Origin: an uncultured virus (IMG/VR IMGVR_UViG_3300025701_000008)
Lineage: Duplodnaviria > Heunggongvirae > Uroviricota > Caudoviricetes
Virus record (IMG/VR): IMGVR_UViG_3300025701_000008
Reading direction: 5' to 3' (one strand)
Length of the DNA stretch: 64,000 nucleotides
Each line of letters starts with the position of its first letter. Within the stretch, counting starts at the first letter, position 1. The position numbers were made by a program, and so were the translations under genes. Positions 44,127 through 54,330 of this stretch are shown piece by piece. The notes below the pieces were generated by a model. The model worked only from the letters and a program-made list of their open reading frames with translations, did no database searches and had not been told where the DNA came from.

Positions 44127-44666
44127 TTAGTAGTATTTCGACGGACAAGGGTCACCTTCAACTCCGAAGGAGAAAGAGACTCGTGATTCTCGTGGAAATA
44201 CTTGATGATGTGTACCTCGCGGGAGATACACATACATACCCGGCTCAAAGTCAAAAGGTTCGTTATTATTGATACCCTCAACCTTTAACCCGACAGTGCT
44301 GATTACCTGAACGAGAAAAACGTCCATAGAATCTTTATGCCATGGGTATGACCCACTCGCACGACCAAATCCACTAAACGCGATGTTAGTTATTTTATTG
44401 GCATGTAGAGTGAATACTTCTTGCATCTCTTCATAAATATTTTTAGCAAACTCTGGCGCACTGCCACGAGAATGGAATGAATTTAATCCGATACGCATTT
44501 TGTCTGAATTTCTATCATATAACTCATTTGGATGACTATCCATCATCTTCATGAATTCATTCCAATTGTAGGTAGACTCCATATCAAAAGGGAGTACACC
44601 TACAAAAGGAATTTTATTTTTTATATTGTCATCACGGTTTTCAAAAATATCATAATAATTGGACAT
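44127..44666 (-). CDS. Cupin/JmjC-like oxygenase
   Basis: WHKD..DVFLVQ, PGMYVYLPRGTHH, RVSFSF. Confidence 0.75.
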   Translation of the reverse strand: MSNYYDIFENRDDNIKNKIPFVGVLPFDMESTYNWNEFMKMMDSHPNELYDRNSDKMRIGLNSFHSRGSAPEFAKNIYEEMQEVFTLHANKITNIAFSGFGRASGSYPWHKDSMDVFLVQVISTVGLKVEGINNNEPFDFEPGMYVYLPRGTHHQVFPRESRVSFSFGVEGDPCPSKYY

Positions 44667-44672
44667 AATGTA

Positions 44673-45083
44673 TTAATTGTTTCCTATGTTATACTTAGGT
44701 TGTAAGTTCCAGTTTGTCTTATCCTTATGAGATATGATTTTAATCTGTCTCATAGGTGCACATTCTCTTGAAACTTCTTTATTTAAGATGTCAACCAAAC
44801 CCCAATCTTGAAGTAAAGTTGCTATAGTATTACGTCTTTCGACATCACCTTTATCTAGATTAGATTTTTTACCATCTAATAAAAATAATTCTTTAAAGTG
44901 AACTATAAAATACCGACCTTGTTTATGTAAGATGTGACATGACTGGAATAACGTGTTATCGCGACGTGATGCGACACCTATTCTTGTCAAAGTCTCTCTC
45001 ACTTTAAGGAAGTCATCCGGTTCAGCCAGAGTGATTTCTAGCATCATCTCTGAGTTCCATTGTACGAGATTATTCTCTTCCAC
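44673..45083 (-). CDS. regA: Translational repressor RegA
   Basis: DDFLKVRETLTRIG, QSCHILHKQG, IVHFKE. Confidence 0.95.
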   Translation of the reverse strand: MEENNLVQWNSEMMLEITLAEPDDFLKVRETLTRIGVASRRDNTLFQSCHILHKQGRYFIVHFKELFLLDGKKSNLDKGDVERRNTIATLLQDWGLVDILNKEVSRECAPMRQIKIISHKDKTNWNLQPKYNIGNN

Positions 45084-45468
45084 CCTTATATACCTTCTTT
45101 TTTATTATTGCGATTTCGTCCTGAGATAAAAGCGACATTATTTGTTTGGTTTTAGAATTGCTGTATGAAAAATATTCTTTCACTGCTTGAAAGTTATCAC
45201 TAGTAGATGACTTGTCCCACTTGGAAAAACGTTTCTTCTTTCGAATTATATTTATAAGAAAATCATTTTGCATTTTACTTTCAATGTGATGTAATCTGTT
45301 CATCTCATTGGCTATAATAACAGTATCTGGAAAATACGACAGAGAACGATTAATCATATAACTATTGTAGTATTTAGTATTATCACAGTTTTCATCTATA
45401 AGATTAATCTTACTATGGTTTATGCTATTTAAGAAATCAAAAGGTGATAATTTTTTAGATTTGGTCAT
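45070..45468 (-). CDS. 62: Clamp-loader small subunit gp62
   Basis: YMINRSLS..DT...ANEMN, RKKKRFSKW; synteny. Confidence 0.9.
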   Translation of the reverse strand: MTKSKKLSPFDFLNSINHSKINLIDENCDNTKYYNSYMINRSLSYFPDTVIIANEMNRLHHIESKMQNDFLINIIRKKKRFSKWDKSSTSDNFQAVKEYFSYSNSKTKQIMSLLSQDEIAIIKKKVYKGGRE

Positions 45469-46120
45469 CTATTTTACACCACCCATTTAAATAATCTTTT
45501 TTATATAGTTCTTTAATACGGTCGCGCTGAGTATCACTCAAAGCACTATTGTACATTTTCAATGTTGTCTTATTATCATGAATTTCCAATTCGTCGCCCG
45601 TAAAACCTAGATTACATGATTGGTTAATGAAGGGCAGTAACCTATCTAATTCATTGATATATACTACCATGTCATAGTCTTCGGGTTTACCCATGTACCA
45701 CGACTGAGTATAAAAATGATTATTCTTTACTTGGCCGGTTTCGATACTTGTTATTACCTCATCAATTTCATGGGAAAGTGTCGGGAGTTCATCTATTCTA
45801 CCCTGCCTAATATGACTGGCATGATTAGCAACTATGTATTCACACGCAGAAAGAAACCGGTCGATTGGGTCGCGTCGAACAGCAATTCGGTAACTATTTT
45901 TTCGAAAAGGTATATCGAACTGGTCACCGTGAGTGCGAACTTTTGTCAATCTATCAACTCGGCCGATATGAAAATCAACACCGCGATATAACCGCTGTAG
46001 TTCCTTTAGAGTAGACATACCATTCTTCGGGCAAAGTCTTACATCAATATTATTAGGAAAATAAAGTACATTGTCAGCAGGCGACATCTCATATAGTTTG
46101 GTACCGATATCATCTATCAT
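45455..46120 (-). CDS. Sulfotransferase family 2-like protein inserted between g44 and g62
   Basis: PKNGMST (5'-PSB) and RDPIDRFLS (3'-PB), HFYTQ. Confidence 0.7.
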   Translation of the reverse strand: MIDDIGTKLYEMSPADNVLYFPNNIDVRLCPKNGMSTLKELQRLYRGVDFHIGRVDRLTKVRTHGDQFDIPFRKNSYRIAVRRDPIDRFLSACEYIVANHASHIRQGRIDELPTLSHEIDEVITSIETGQVKNNHFYTQSWYMGKPEDYDMVVYINELDRLLPFINQSCNLGFTGDELEIHDNKTTLKMYNSALSDTQRDRIKELYKKDYLNGWCKIDDQI

Positions 46121-47064
46121 TATGGTTTAATCTCGACATTGGCCATGACCTCGGTCAGGCACGCTACTAAATTAAGTTCGTGGTCTTGTACGAACGCGTT
46201 CTTATACTGGTAATCACCTAGTATTAATACCAACTGAGGTATACTATTGGGTGCGACATATTCATACATTCTATCATACACACCCCTGAAAATAGCAGCA
46301 GGCTCTATATCTATATTGTTTACGACCCAAGAACGCATCGATTTAAAGTTTTTTTGTTTAATGGCGCTGAATAATGCGGTATAGGGGTCTGCTACATCGC
46401 TATCAAGACCTAAAGGAACGTGGAGTGTACCAGAGAGACTACCCTTTTGACATTCATTTAGAACGCGTCTCCAGTCAGGAGCGTGCTTCATAATAATTGA
46501 TGCGACGTGGGGTGGGTCGAATTTAACACCTTCATCAGTAAGGATGTTTTGTAAACGAGTCATAAACTGACCGCATAAACCGACCATGACTTGTTTACTG
46601 AAATTGAATTGATATTTTGAACATCGAGAATGTAACGGTTCAATAATGCGATTCTCAAAGTTACAAGTCATGATAAAACGACAGTTATTCGAAAACTCTT
46701 CGATAAACCCACGGAGAGCAGGTTGAGTCGATTGTGGATTTAGATAGTCTGCCTCATCTAGGATTACAACCTTGTAACCACCTGACAAAGACACAGACGA
46801 TGCGAACTGTTTAATCTTACCGCGTAAAGTGTCGATGTTACCTTCTTCAGACCCGTTGATGACAATATAGTCTAGTCCAAGTTCTTCACATATCGCACGT
46901 GCGACAGTCGTCTTACCAGTACCCGCAGTACCAGTGAACATCATGTTGGGAATCTCGCCCCCATCCACGATTGTCTGGAAGGTGGTTTTCAGTTCTGTAG
47001 GAAGGATTGTTTCTGAAACTTTTGATGGGCGATACTTCTCAACCCAAAGGAATTCTTTGCTCAT
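46120..47064 (-). CDS. 44: Clamp-loader large subunit gp44
   Basis: LWVEKYRP, GTGKTT, DEAD, PLHSRC. Confidence 0.95.
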   Translation of the reverse strand: MSKEFLWVEKYRPSKVSETILPTELKTTFQTIVDGGEIPNMMFTGTAGTGKTTVARAICEELGLDYIVINGSEEGNIDTLRGKIKQFASSVSLSGGYKVVILDEADYLNPQSTQPALRGFIEEFSNNCRFIMTCNFENRIIEPLHSRCSKYQFNFSKQVMVGLCGQFMTRLQNILTDEGVKFDPPHVASIIMKHAPDWRRVLNECQKGSLSGTLHVPLGLDSDVADPYTALFSAIKQKNFKSMRSWVVNNIDIEPAAIFRGVYDRMYEYVAPNSIPQLVLILGDYQYKNAFVQDHELNLVACLTEVMANVEIKP

Positions 47065-47107
47065 GTATTACTCCATAATAAAATAAATGTATCTTTCAAC
47101 GAGAGCT

Positions 47108-47136
47108 ATTATACTACAATAACTCCCTCATGTAAA
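47108..47136 (-). promoter_or_regulatory. sigma70-like promoter
   Basis: TTTACA-17-TATAAT. Confidence 0.55.
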
Positions 47137-47142
47137 TAGGTA

Positions 47143-48231
47143 TTAATCAGTTAAGTCAAATAAATTTAAAGATTCCCATGGCCATATTGTGTAACCAAAA
47201 TGTCCCCATCTTGCGGTATCTTTTAAGTTTATGGAAAAGAGGTCGAAACGGTCAATGATTCCTTTAGGGGTCAGGTCAACAGTATCCAGAACCAATTTGA
47301 CAAGGTCTTCGCGCACTTGTCCGTCCGCATAGATGTATATACTAGTGGGTTCTTTCACACCAATAGCATAACTCAACTGAACGGTACAGTTACTCACACC
47401 AAAAGAATGAACAATATTCTTTGCGATGTAACGTGCCATATACGCGCCAGAACGGTCAACCTTGGTACAGTCTTTACCACTAAACGCACCACCACCGTGT
47501 GGACAGTACCCACCATAGGTGTCTACAATAATCTTTCGACCAGTAACACCAGCATCACCATCAGGCCCACCAATAATAAACTGACCCGTAGGATTAATTA
47601 AGAACTCAGTATTTTCATCAATCCAATCACTTAGAGGAATTGAAATAATTGCCTTAATGTTATCGCGTACGGTCTCGATATCTACGTATCTTGAGTGTTG
47701 CGCACTACAAACAATTTTAGACACACGTATAGGTTTACCTTCATCAGAATACTCAACAGAGACTTGCGCCTTGGCGTCAGGGCCATACTGTGTATATTTA
47801 ATTACAGTGTCTATTATCTTTTTACTGAGACTAATTGCGAGAGGCATATAGGTATCGGTCTCTGTACACGCATAACCAAACATTAGTCCTTGGTCACCCG
47901 CACCGAAGTCATCAGTACCTAGAGCGATGTCAGCGGATTGTCCGTGTAGTTCGTTGTAAACTTTTAAGTTTCTCCAATGGAAACCGTCTTGCTCGTAACC
48001 AATCTCACATACAACGTCTCTGACAATCTGTTCAATACGTTCCTTGTCAAACTTGTCACTTTTATATTCGCCAGCAAGGGTTACCATGTTGGTTGTTACG
48101 AGGGTTTCTACCGCAGCGCGGTGAGAGGGATTTTTGTCTATAAGGTAGGTTGCGACAGCATCAGATATGATGTCAGCAATTTTATCGGGGTGACCACTAC
48201 TAACGCTTTCACTAGTAAAAGTGTAACTCAT
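47143..48231 (-). CDS. metK: S-adenosylmethionine synthetase
   Basis: FTSESV..GHPDK, GAGDQG, TGRKIIVDTYGG, GGGAFSGKD..KVDRS. Confidence 0.95.
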   Translation of the reverse strand: MSYTFTSESVSSGHPDKIADIISDAVATYLIDKNPSHRAAVETLVTTNMVTLAGEYKSDKFDKERIEQIVRDVVCEIGYEQDGFHWRNLKVYNELHGQSADIALGTDDFGAGDQGLMFGYACTETDTYMPLAISLSKKIIDTVIKYTQYGPDAKAQVSVEYSDEGKPIRVSKIVCSAQHSRYVDIETVRDNIKAIISIPLSDWIDENTEFLINPTGQFIIGGPDGDAGVTGRKIIVDTYGGYCPHGGGAFSGKDCTKVDRSGAYMARYIAKNIVHSFGVSNCTVQLSYAIGVKEPTSIYIYADGQVREDLVKLVLDTVDLTPKGIIDRFDLFSINLKDTARWGHFGYTIWPWESLNLFDLTD

Positions 48232-48254
48232 AATAAATTCTCATAATAAAAAAA

Positions 48255-48330
48255 TGGAGCTCGGGACAGGAATCGAACCTGCGACATCGTCATTACAAGT
48301 GACGCGCTCTACCTACTGAGCTACCCGAGC
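48255..48330 (-). tRNA. tRNA-Thr(TGT)
   Basis: CGTCA-CT-TGT-AA-TGACG, GTTCGAT, CCA. Confidence 0.93.
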
Positions 48331-48332
48331 GT

Positions 48333-48563
48333 TTACTTATTTAACTTACGCTTTTCTGAATAAGACCGTACTATATATATTCGTGTAAAAGCGACAACAG
48401 AGAACCAACAAGTGATTATGTTGGAAATCCAGAATGGGTCTGTTATCCCCCATCTTTCAACTATAACATATAGGAAAAATATGTTAAGGGGGTAATTAAT
48501 CATCGCCCCCGTTAACACATGTATAGATGTTTCCTTAGCTATATATGAGTTTAGTTTAAACAC
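48333..48563 (-). CDS. Small membrane protein
   Basis: Two TM segments, R.Y..R tail. Confidence 0.55.
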   Translation of the reverse strand: MFKLNSYIAKETSIHVLTGAMINYPLNIFFLYVIVERWGITDPFWISNIITCWFSVVAFTRIYIVRSYSEKRKLNK

Positions 48564-49101
48564 AATATGGGTCGGTAGGGTTTAACAAGATATCCATCGT
48601 ATTTTCAGGCGAAGACATAATATATGGGTCGATAGGACAATCATACATAATACCCTCTTCAGGACAAAATTGTACAATCTCCATATTATCAACTACCATA
48701 GAGTATCGCCAAGTACGATATCCGAACCCTAAGTTTCGCTTAGACACCATCATTCCAAGTACTTCAGCAAAGTCTCCATTACCGTCAGGTAACATCTTAA
48801 CATTCTTAATACCTAACTGTTGCGCCCATTGGTACATGGCGAACGCATCGTTAACAGAAGTACAGTATACTTCATCAATACCGGCATCAATAAAATCTTG
48901 ATACATACTCTCAAAACCGGGCAGTTGTTCGTTAGTACATGTCGGAGTAAATGCGCCTGGCAATCCAAAGATTACAACACGTTTACCACCAATCAAATCA
49001 GACGTAGTTTTACGAACCCATTTAAATGGATTATCTCCGCCTATAGACTCATCACGTTCTCGTAAATGAAACATCACATCTGGTAACATCATACCTTGCA
49101 T
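48556..49101 (-). CDS. Peroxiredoxin (Prx5/redoxin family)
   Basis: PGAFTPTC, SVNDAF, LPDGNG, RTWRYS. Confidence 0.92.
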   Translation of the reverse strand: MQGMMLPDVMFHLRERDESIGGDNPFKWVRKTTSDLIGGKRVVIFGLPGAFTPTCTNEQLPGFESMYQDFIDAGIDEVYCTSVNDAFAMYQWAQQLGIKNVKMLPDGNGDFAEVLGMMVSKRNLGFGYRTWRYSMVVDNMEIVQFCPEEGIMYDCPIDPYIMSSPENTMDILLNPTDPYCV

Positions 49102-49199
49102 TATATACTCCTAATAGGGTGGTGGTGTGGAATAATAATAATATATTATTCAATCAAATCATATGCGGGTAAAGTAATATTTACCACACCACCAAAAAC

Positions 49200-49877
49200 T
49201 TAAATAAAATTAACTTCTGGAAAATTTTTATATGGCGGAGAAAACTTTACATTACGAGGAAGCATCCTAAACCATATATTAATAGCCCACTTTTCACCTT
49301 CTTCTACAGGAAGTGCGGTGTGTAAACTGTTATGAATTGGGCGACGGACATCAGTATCGGTATTATTAAATACTACCATTCGCCCACGTTGTGTGTGTAC
49401 GGTGATACCTAAATTTGGGAATTTTGTATTACCACCTTTAGGTACTTTATTCAGATAAACTAGAGCAGTTACCAGTCTCTGACCACCATACATACACGCC
49501 TTCTGGCCGCTAGTAGTTGACATTTCAAATGCGTCATGATGGGGGTTATACTTTCCACCCACATTATAATGTATTACTTGCATTTGTTCAGCGTTATTAA
49601 GAGGTATTCCAACATATCGAGAAATCCTTTCTCCAATTTCCTTAATAACATCATCATCATACTCTAACCAACTATGAGACGCGGAACGAATATCAGTATC
49701 AAGTCTAGATTTACCACCATCACCCAATACTGTAGCATCTATCATATTAGACTTCGCAAGATTTATAATATAATCTGCCTCATCTTGACTAATGATATCG
49801 TCTTTAACATGTATTAAAGGGTCAGACCACATAGTGATACCATCATCGTAAGACCCTTTAACATCTGTTATCTTCAT
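49200..49877 (-). CDS. Prolyl-4-hydroxylase-like 2OG-Fe(II) oxygenase
   Basis: PHHD, GGQRLVTALVYLN, GGNT.FP, LHTALPV..GEKW. Confidence 0.88.
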   Translation of the reverse strand: MKITDVKGSYDDGITMWSDPLIHVKDDIISQDEADYIINLAKSNMIDATVLGDGGKSRLDTDIRSASHSWLEYDDDVIKEIGERISRYVGIPLNNAEQMQVIHYNVGGKYNPHHDAFEMSTTSGQKACMYGGQRLVTALVYLNKVPKGGNTKFPNLGITVHTQRGRMVVFNNTDTDVRRPIHNSLHTALPVEEGEKWAINIWFRMLPRNVKFSPPYKNFPEVNFI

Positions 49878-49879
49878 TA

Positions 49880-50110
49880 TTACTTCTTAGTACTCTTAGT
49901 GTCTTTCGCTGCCTCAGCGGCAGTAGCAACTTGTTGTGCGATACGTTCATACAACGCGACTACTTGAACACCTTGGTCACGTAGTTGACCAATAGTTGTT
50001 AGTTCTTCACCTTTAAACGCACCTCGTGATACGATAGTATCGATAACTGCGATAGATGAGCGTGCTACTCGGTTTGCTAAATCATTTAATTGTGCTTGTT
50101 CTGGGGACAT
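49880..50110 (-). CDS. Hypothetical protein
   Basis: IDTIVSRGAFKGEELTTIGQLRD. Confidence 0.6.
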   Translation of the reverse strand: MSPEQAQLNDLANRVARSSIAVIDTIVSRGAFKGEELTTIGQLRDQGVQVVALYERIAQQVATAAEAAKDTKSTKK

Positions 50111-50111
50111 C

Positions 50112-50786
50112 TTAGGCTCCTGTTGATGTTTTTTCTAGTGCGATAAAGTATTCTGTTTCCGATTGGATAGATTTTAAATTAGAGATAAGTTTATTACTTA
50201 CCGAAACTTCATAATCCTCACCAATCAATTTTAAGTTGTTGACACCCAACACGTAGTTGAAGTCAGCACCTTCGGGGTACGTACCATCCACAGTGATTGA
50301 GAATGAGTTAGAAGTAGCATTGGTACTATCTGCTACAGCAATCTCAATCGCACCACCTGAAGGACGAATGTTAATTTCGTCGTGTCCAAGTGCGGATGCG
50401 GCACGTTTAATCTTACCTAACGTTTCATTAGTAAGTAAGAACTGAACATCAGTCGAAGGCATTACAATATCCTTCTTAGGTGATGTCAGCATTTCAGGGT
50501 CAGAATAAAAGTATCGTACGGATGATAGACCACTACCGTCACGCACAGATACGTTATTCACGCCAAAATCAATCGTAGGATTATCCACGAGACCAATTAC
50601 CGACAAAAACTCTGATAAGTCATAGATACCAAAGGTCGTAGGGAACGACTCTTCAATAACTGCCTTAGCGACTAGATTCTTCGCGATTGACATAGTCTTC
50701 AGGGTATTGCCTTGAGATACTACAATGTTTGGATTAATACTTGCGAAGTTACGCAAGATGTCGATTGTTCTACTAGATAATTCCAT
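50112..50786 (-). CDS. 45: Sliding clamp gp45
   Basis: MELSSRT..ILRNFASIN, FGIYDLSEFL, YFIALE. Confidence 0.93.
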   Translation of the reverse strand: MELSSRTIDILRNFASINPNIVVSQGNTLKTMSIAKNLVAKAVIEESFPTTFGIYDLSEFLSVIGLVDNPTIDFGVNNVSVRDGSGLSSVRYFYSDPEMLTSPKKDIVMPSTDVQFLLTNETLGKIKRAASALGHDEINIRPSGGAIEIAVADSTNATSNSFSITVDGTYPEGADFNYVLGVNNLKLIGEDYEVSVSNKLISNLKSIQSETEYFIALEKTSTGA

Positions 50787-50813
50787 ATTTATTTCCTCGT
50801 TCAAGATGTAGCC

Positions 50814-50842
50814 ATTATATAATAAATGGGCGTTAGTGTCAA
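50814..50842 (-). promoter_or_regulatory. sigma70-like promoter
   Basis: TTGACA-17-TATAAT. Confidence 0.65.
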
Positions 50843-52563
50843 GTAATTTCTTTCATTTTGCTGAAGTTTTTATCTTTATAGAATGTTAACTTTCTCTCAA
50901 AGTGAGCATCCTCAAGTTCAGCCTTGTGCGATATAACAAACACGTTAGTGTCTTCCTTTAGAGTTTCGATAATCTTCATCAGGTTATCCACACCCTCACC
51001 GTCAAGTGACGAGTCAAACGTCTCATCTAATATCAACAGATTAGTCGATACCGAGTTCTTCATCTTCGCAATTTGACGCCAAGTGAATAACAGTGACAAG
51101 TCAATACGTTGTTTCTCACCCTCAGAGAATGAATCGTAAGAAAATGCGTCACGGTACCGCGAGCGTATAGTCTCATTGAAACTTTCATCCAACTCAAAGT
51201 GAACAAAGAAGTCAAGAATTTGTAAATACTTATTAGTAAGTTCGTTAATGACCGGAACATACTGTTTAATAATTTTAGTCTTAATACCACTATCACGTAA
51301 TAATTCGCCTGCTATACGGTTATACGCGGACTTCTCATTGAGTTTAAACTTACTGGTAGTTAAGTCATAACTCTCTAAGTCGAGTTTCTCTAAGTCTCTA
51401 TTAGCCTGTCCCATATCACCATCACTATCCGCCATATCAATCATATCATCACGAAGACGGTCAATATTACGATTGAGTCTTTCAATTGTCTGTTGATTGT
51501 TATGTAACGTATTCTGGTCGTCAAGGCACGACTTCATTTGAGCTTCTAACTCGTTGATTTCTGTTTGATATTCAGAAAGTTTCTCTTGTGCCTTGTCCAT
51601 AGCATGTTTCAATTCTTTTGCTTTTGTGGTCGCAGCATCCTTTTTAGTAACGCGTAAATCTTCGGCAATATCTTGGTCACATGTGGGACAGTGTTCATTC
51701 TCATCAAAGAATTTGGCATCCCTAACAACTGATTTTACTTGAGCGTTAAACTGCGCGTAATACTTATCCAACTGTTCCTTATTACCACGCACAGAGGATA
51801 ACTTAACGTTAACACTCGGTAACAACTCATTTACCGTTGCGGATAAGGTAGAATTATTAGTATTAATACCCCTGATTTCTTCTTGTAACTCAGCGATATG
51901 ACTTTCTTTCTCTTTACGATGCGCAGTATTGATAGCAGTCAAGTCACGGATATACTTTTTCTGAGAGGCAATCTTAGATTTAACCATGTCTATCTGGTGG
52001 TTATTAGTTTCAATCTCAGCCTTCAGGTGTGATGTTTTCTCCTTCAATATACTATTCATTTTAGAGAATATATTAATATCCAAAAGGTCTTCAATAACAT
52101 CGCGTCGTGAGGTTGAGTTTAACTGCATAAATGGAATAAACGAAGACGACCCTAGTACCACAATCTGGTGGAAACTTTTATGAGACATCTGTAAAACATT
52201 CTTCTCAAGAATTTCTTGATATTCTTTAGCATGAGAACTTTGGTTTATCATAGTACCATCTTTCCAGATTTCAAACCTAGTAGGTTTAATACCACGGACA
52301 ATACGATAGTTTATACCATTTACAGTAAAGTTTACTTCAGTAACACAATCTTTATTGTTAATAGTGTTTATTAACTGTTTCTTAGTAATCTTTCGATGCG
52401 GTTTACCAAACAATGCGAATGACAACGCATCAAGCATTGTCGACTTACCCGCACCATTCTGACCAACAATAAGGTTGGTCGGAGCCGCTAAGAAATCAAT
52501 CTCATTGAAATAGTTACCTGTAGAAAGGAAATTCTTCCATTTTAAGGTCTGAAATTTAATCAT
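50839..52563 (-). CDS. 46: Recombination ATPase gp46 (Rad50-like)
   Basis: GQNGAGKS, CPTC hook, FSEGEK, LILDE. Confidence 0.95.
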   Translation of the reverse strand: MIKFQTLKWKNFLSTGNYFNEIDFLAAPTNLIVGQNGAGKSTMLDALSFALFGKPHRKITKKQLINTINNKDCVTEVNFTVNGINYRIVRGIKPTRFEIWKDGTMINQSSHAKEYQEILEKNVLQMSHKSFHQIVVLGSSSFIPFMQLNSTSRRDVIEDLLDINIFSKMNSILKEKTSHLKAEIETNNHQIDMVKSKIASQKKYIRDLTAINTAHRKEKESHIAELQEEIRGINTNNSTLSATVNELLPSVNVKLSSVRGNKEQLDKYYAQFNAQVKSVVRDAKFFDENEHCPTCDQDIAEDLRVTKKDAATTKAKELKHAMDKAQEKLSEYQTEINELEAQMKSCLDDQNTLHNNQQTIERLNRNIDRLRDDMIDMADSDGDMGQANRDLEKLDLESYDLTTSKFKLNEKSAYNRIAGELLRDSGIKTKIIKQYVPVINELTNKYLQILDFFVHFELDESFNETIRSRYRDAFSYDSFSEGEKQRIDLSLLFTWRQIAKMKNSVSTNLLILDETFDSSLDGEGVDNLMKIIETLKEDTNVFVISHKAELEDAHFERKLTFYKDKNFSKMKEIT

Positions 52564-53618
52564 GCTATTTCTACCGATTGCGCTTCAATCATTAAATCTG
52601 ATACTAGATGTTTTATACGGTCTTTGTCCAAATCAGTGTCCACTTCTTGAATATAATTGTATATTAAAGTTTCCGTGTCGTCAACCTGTAAATCGGCATC
52701 ACTGACATTTTCACCACGGAACTCACGAAAATCCTCCGCTATCTTCAACTCATATATTTTCTGGTTGTTGATGCGTTCAATATATCTTTCGAATTTCATC
52801 ATATCTGAACGGTTAGTTACGACTACTTTGACAAACTTATTGTCAAGGTAAGATAAATCTTCGAAGTGACTTATTGTGTCCTCATTATAATGTATTTTAT
52901 GGTATATTGTCAAGGGGTTTTGTACAGGAGTTAATTCCCCTGTTTCAGTATCAAGTATATGGAAGTACTTCGGGTCATGAGCATCATTCCAGAAGAACTC
53001 CATCTGCGCACCCAAGTAATGGATATGGCCATTGTTAGACTTGGTGTGGAAGTGACCAGATAATACTAAATCAAACCTTTCTAGTGGAGCAGGGTTCATA
53101 CCCTCTTTACACATAAGACCCTTATCCATCTCAAATCCCGCCAACTCAAAATGACCACCACAAATCTTAGACTTAGTGTTTGCGAGAAACTTCAGTATGT
53201 CTTTTTCGTTTTCAGGATTAATCCAAGGAACTAGAGCAATAGTATTATCACCATACTTCATATCAGTAGGTTCTTCTACTATATTGACCTCATTCATATA
53301 ATGACCCATCAACTCTTTCAATGAATTAAGTCGATTGGTGTTTTTGAAATAAGTATCATGATTGCCCGGAATAATATCCATAGTGATACCAAGTTCACGC
53401 AATCTATCGAGGAATACTCGACGGTTGTGGTTTAATGCCTTGAGGTTGATGGTCTTACGGTTGTCATAATAATCTCCTAGATGTAAAATCTGAGAGATGC
53501 CATGTTCTTGTAAGTATGGGAAAAATACATCGGTGTAGAATCTTTCTTGATATTCAATAAAAATATCAGAAGAATTACGTACACCGCAATGTGTATCATT
53601 TAAGATGGCTATCAGCAT
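52560..53618 (-). CDS. 47: Recombination nuclease gp47 (Mre11-like)
   Basis: DTH, GD, GNHD, SGHFH. Confidence 0.95.
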   Translation of the reverse strand: MLIAILNDTHCGVRNSSDIFIEYQERFYTDVFFPYLQEHGISQILHLGDYYDNRKTINLKALNHNRRVFLDRLRELGITMDIIPGNHDTYFKNTNRLNSLKELMGHYMNEVNIVEEPTDMKYGDNTIALVPWINPENEKDILKFLANTKSKICGGHFELAGFEMDKGLMCKEGMNPAPLERFDLVLSGHFHTKSNNGHIHYLGAQMEFFWNDAHDPKYFHILDTETGELTPVQNPLTIYHKIHYNEDTISHFEDLSYLDNKFVKVVVTNRSDMMKFERYIERINNQKIYELKIAEDFREFRGENVSDADLQVDDTETLIYNYIQEVDTDLDKDRIKHLVSDLMIEAQSVEIA

Positions 53619-53652
53619 AATATAATACTCGAGTTAATTATTCAGTGTGGGT

Positions 53653-53681
53653 ATTATACTATACTATGAGTGTTATGTCAA
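53653..53681 (-). promoter_or_regulatory. sigma70-like promoter
   Basis: TTGACA-17-TATAAT. Confidence 0.7.
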
Positions 53682-53684
53682 GTA

Positions 53685-54275
53685 TTATTCTATATAATCG
53701 GACAAATCTGAATCAACGTTTACCGCACGGCGTTTGCGCATTTTCTTTTCTTCCTGTACATATACTTTGAATTCATTATCTGCGGCTTTCACTGTGTCAA
53801 TACGTAGACGTAGAGTATCAACTACACTATTAACATCACCTGAATTAGCACCTCCATTTTCTTCCTCAAAGAATTGAGAAATATCTGCCTCAGAGATGAA
53901 TTTCATTTTGATGTCTTGTTGCTTTTTCTCTTTCTGAATACGTCGTAAGAAGGCATACCATGATATCTGTGTGAAGTACGCAAATGCGTTGGGATTACCT
54001 GAACGAGTCGCGGCGTCAATATCATAATTCTCAATTGCTTTAAGACAATTCTCGACCGCGTCCATCACCATCTCTTCACGATAGGTATAACGAACAAAAT
54101 TTGCCTTATGCGATAGACCTTCTGATATGCGCAAGAAACATTCTGCAATATAATTGGTAACTATAGGGAGAGGGTCACCATCTTTTTTCGCCTGCTGTAA
54201 GTCTGAACAGTAGTCTACGACTGATTGCGAAAATTCTCTGTTGTTAACGTAATGTGGTTTATCTTTTGGTTTCAT
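53685..54275 (-). CDS. 55: Late sigma factor gp55
   Basis: HYVNN, NFVRYTYREEM..D, NAFAYFTQI..AFLRRI.KEK. Confidence 0.95.
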   Translation of the reverse strand: MKPKDKPHYVNNREFSQSVVDYCSDLQQAKKDGDPLPIVTNYIAECFLRISEGLSHKANFVRYTYREEMVMDAVENCLKAIENYDIDAATRSGNPNAFAYFTQISWYAFLRRIQKEKKQQDIKMKFISEADISQFFEEENGGANSGDVNSVVDTLRLRIDTVKAADNEFKVYVQEEKKMRKRRAVNVDSDLSDYIE

Positions 54276-54301
54276 TATGTAAGCCTTTTTGATTAGTAGC
54301 C

Positions 54302-54330
54302 ATTATATAACAATATAGGTGCTGAGTCAA
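54302..54330 (-). promoter_or_regulatory. sigma70-like promoter of g55
   Basis: TTGACT-17-TATAAT. Confidence 0.65.
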
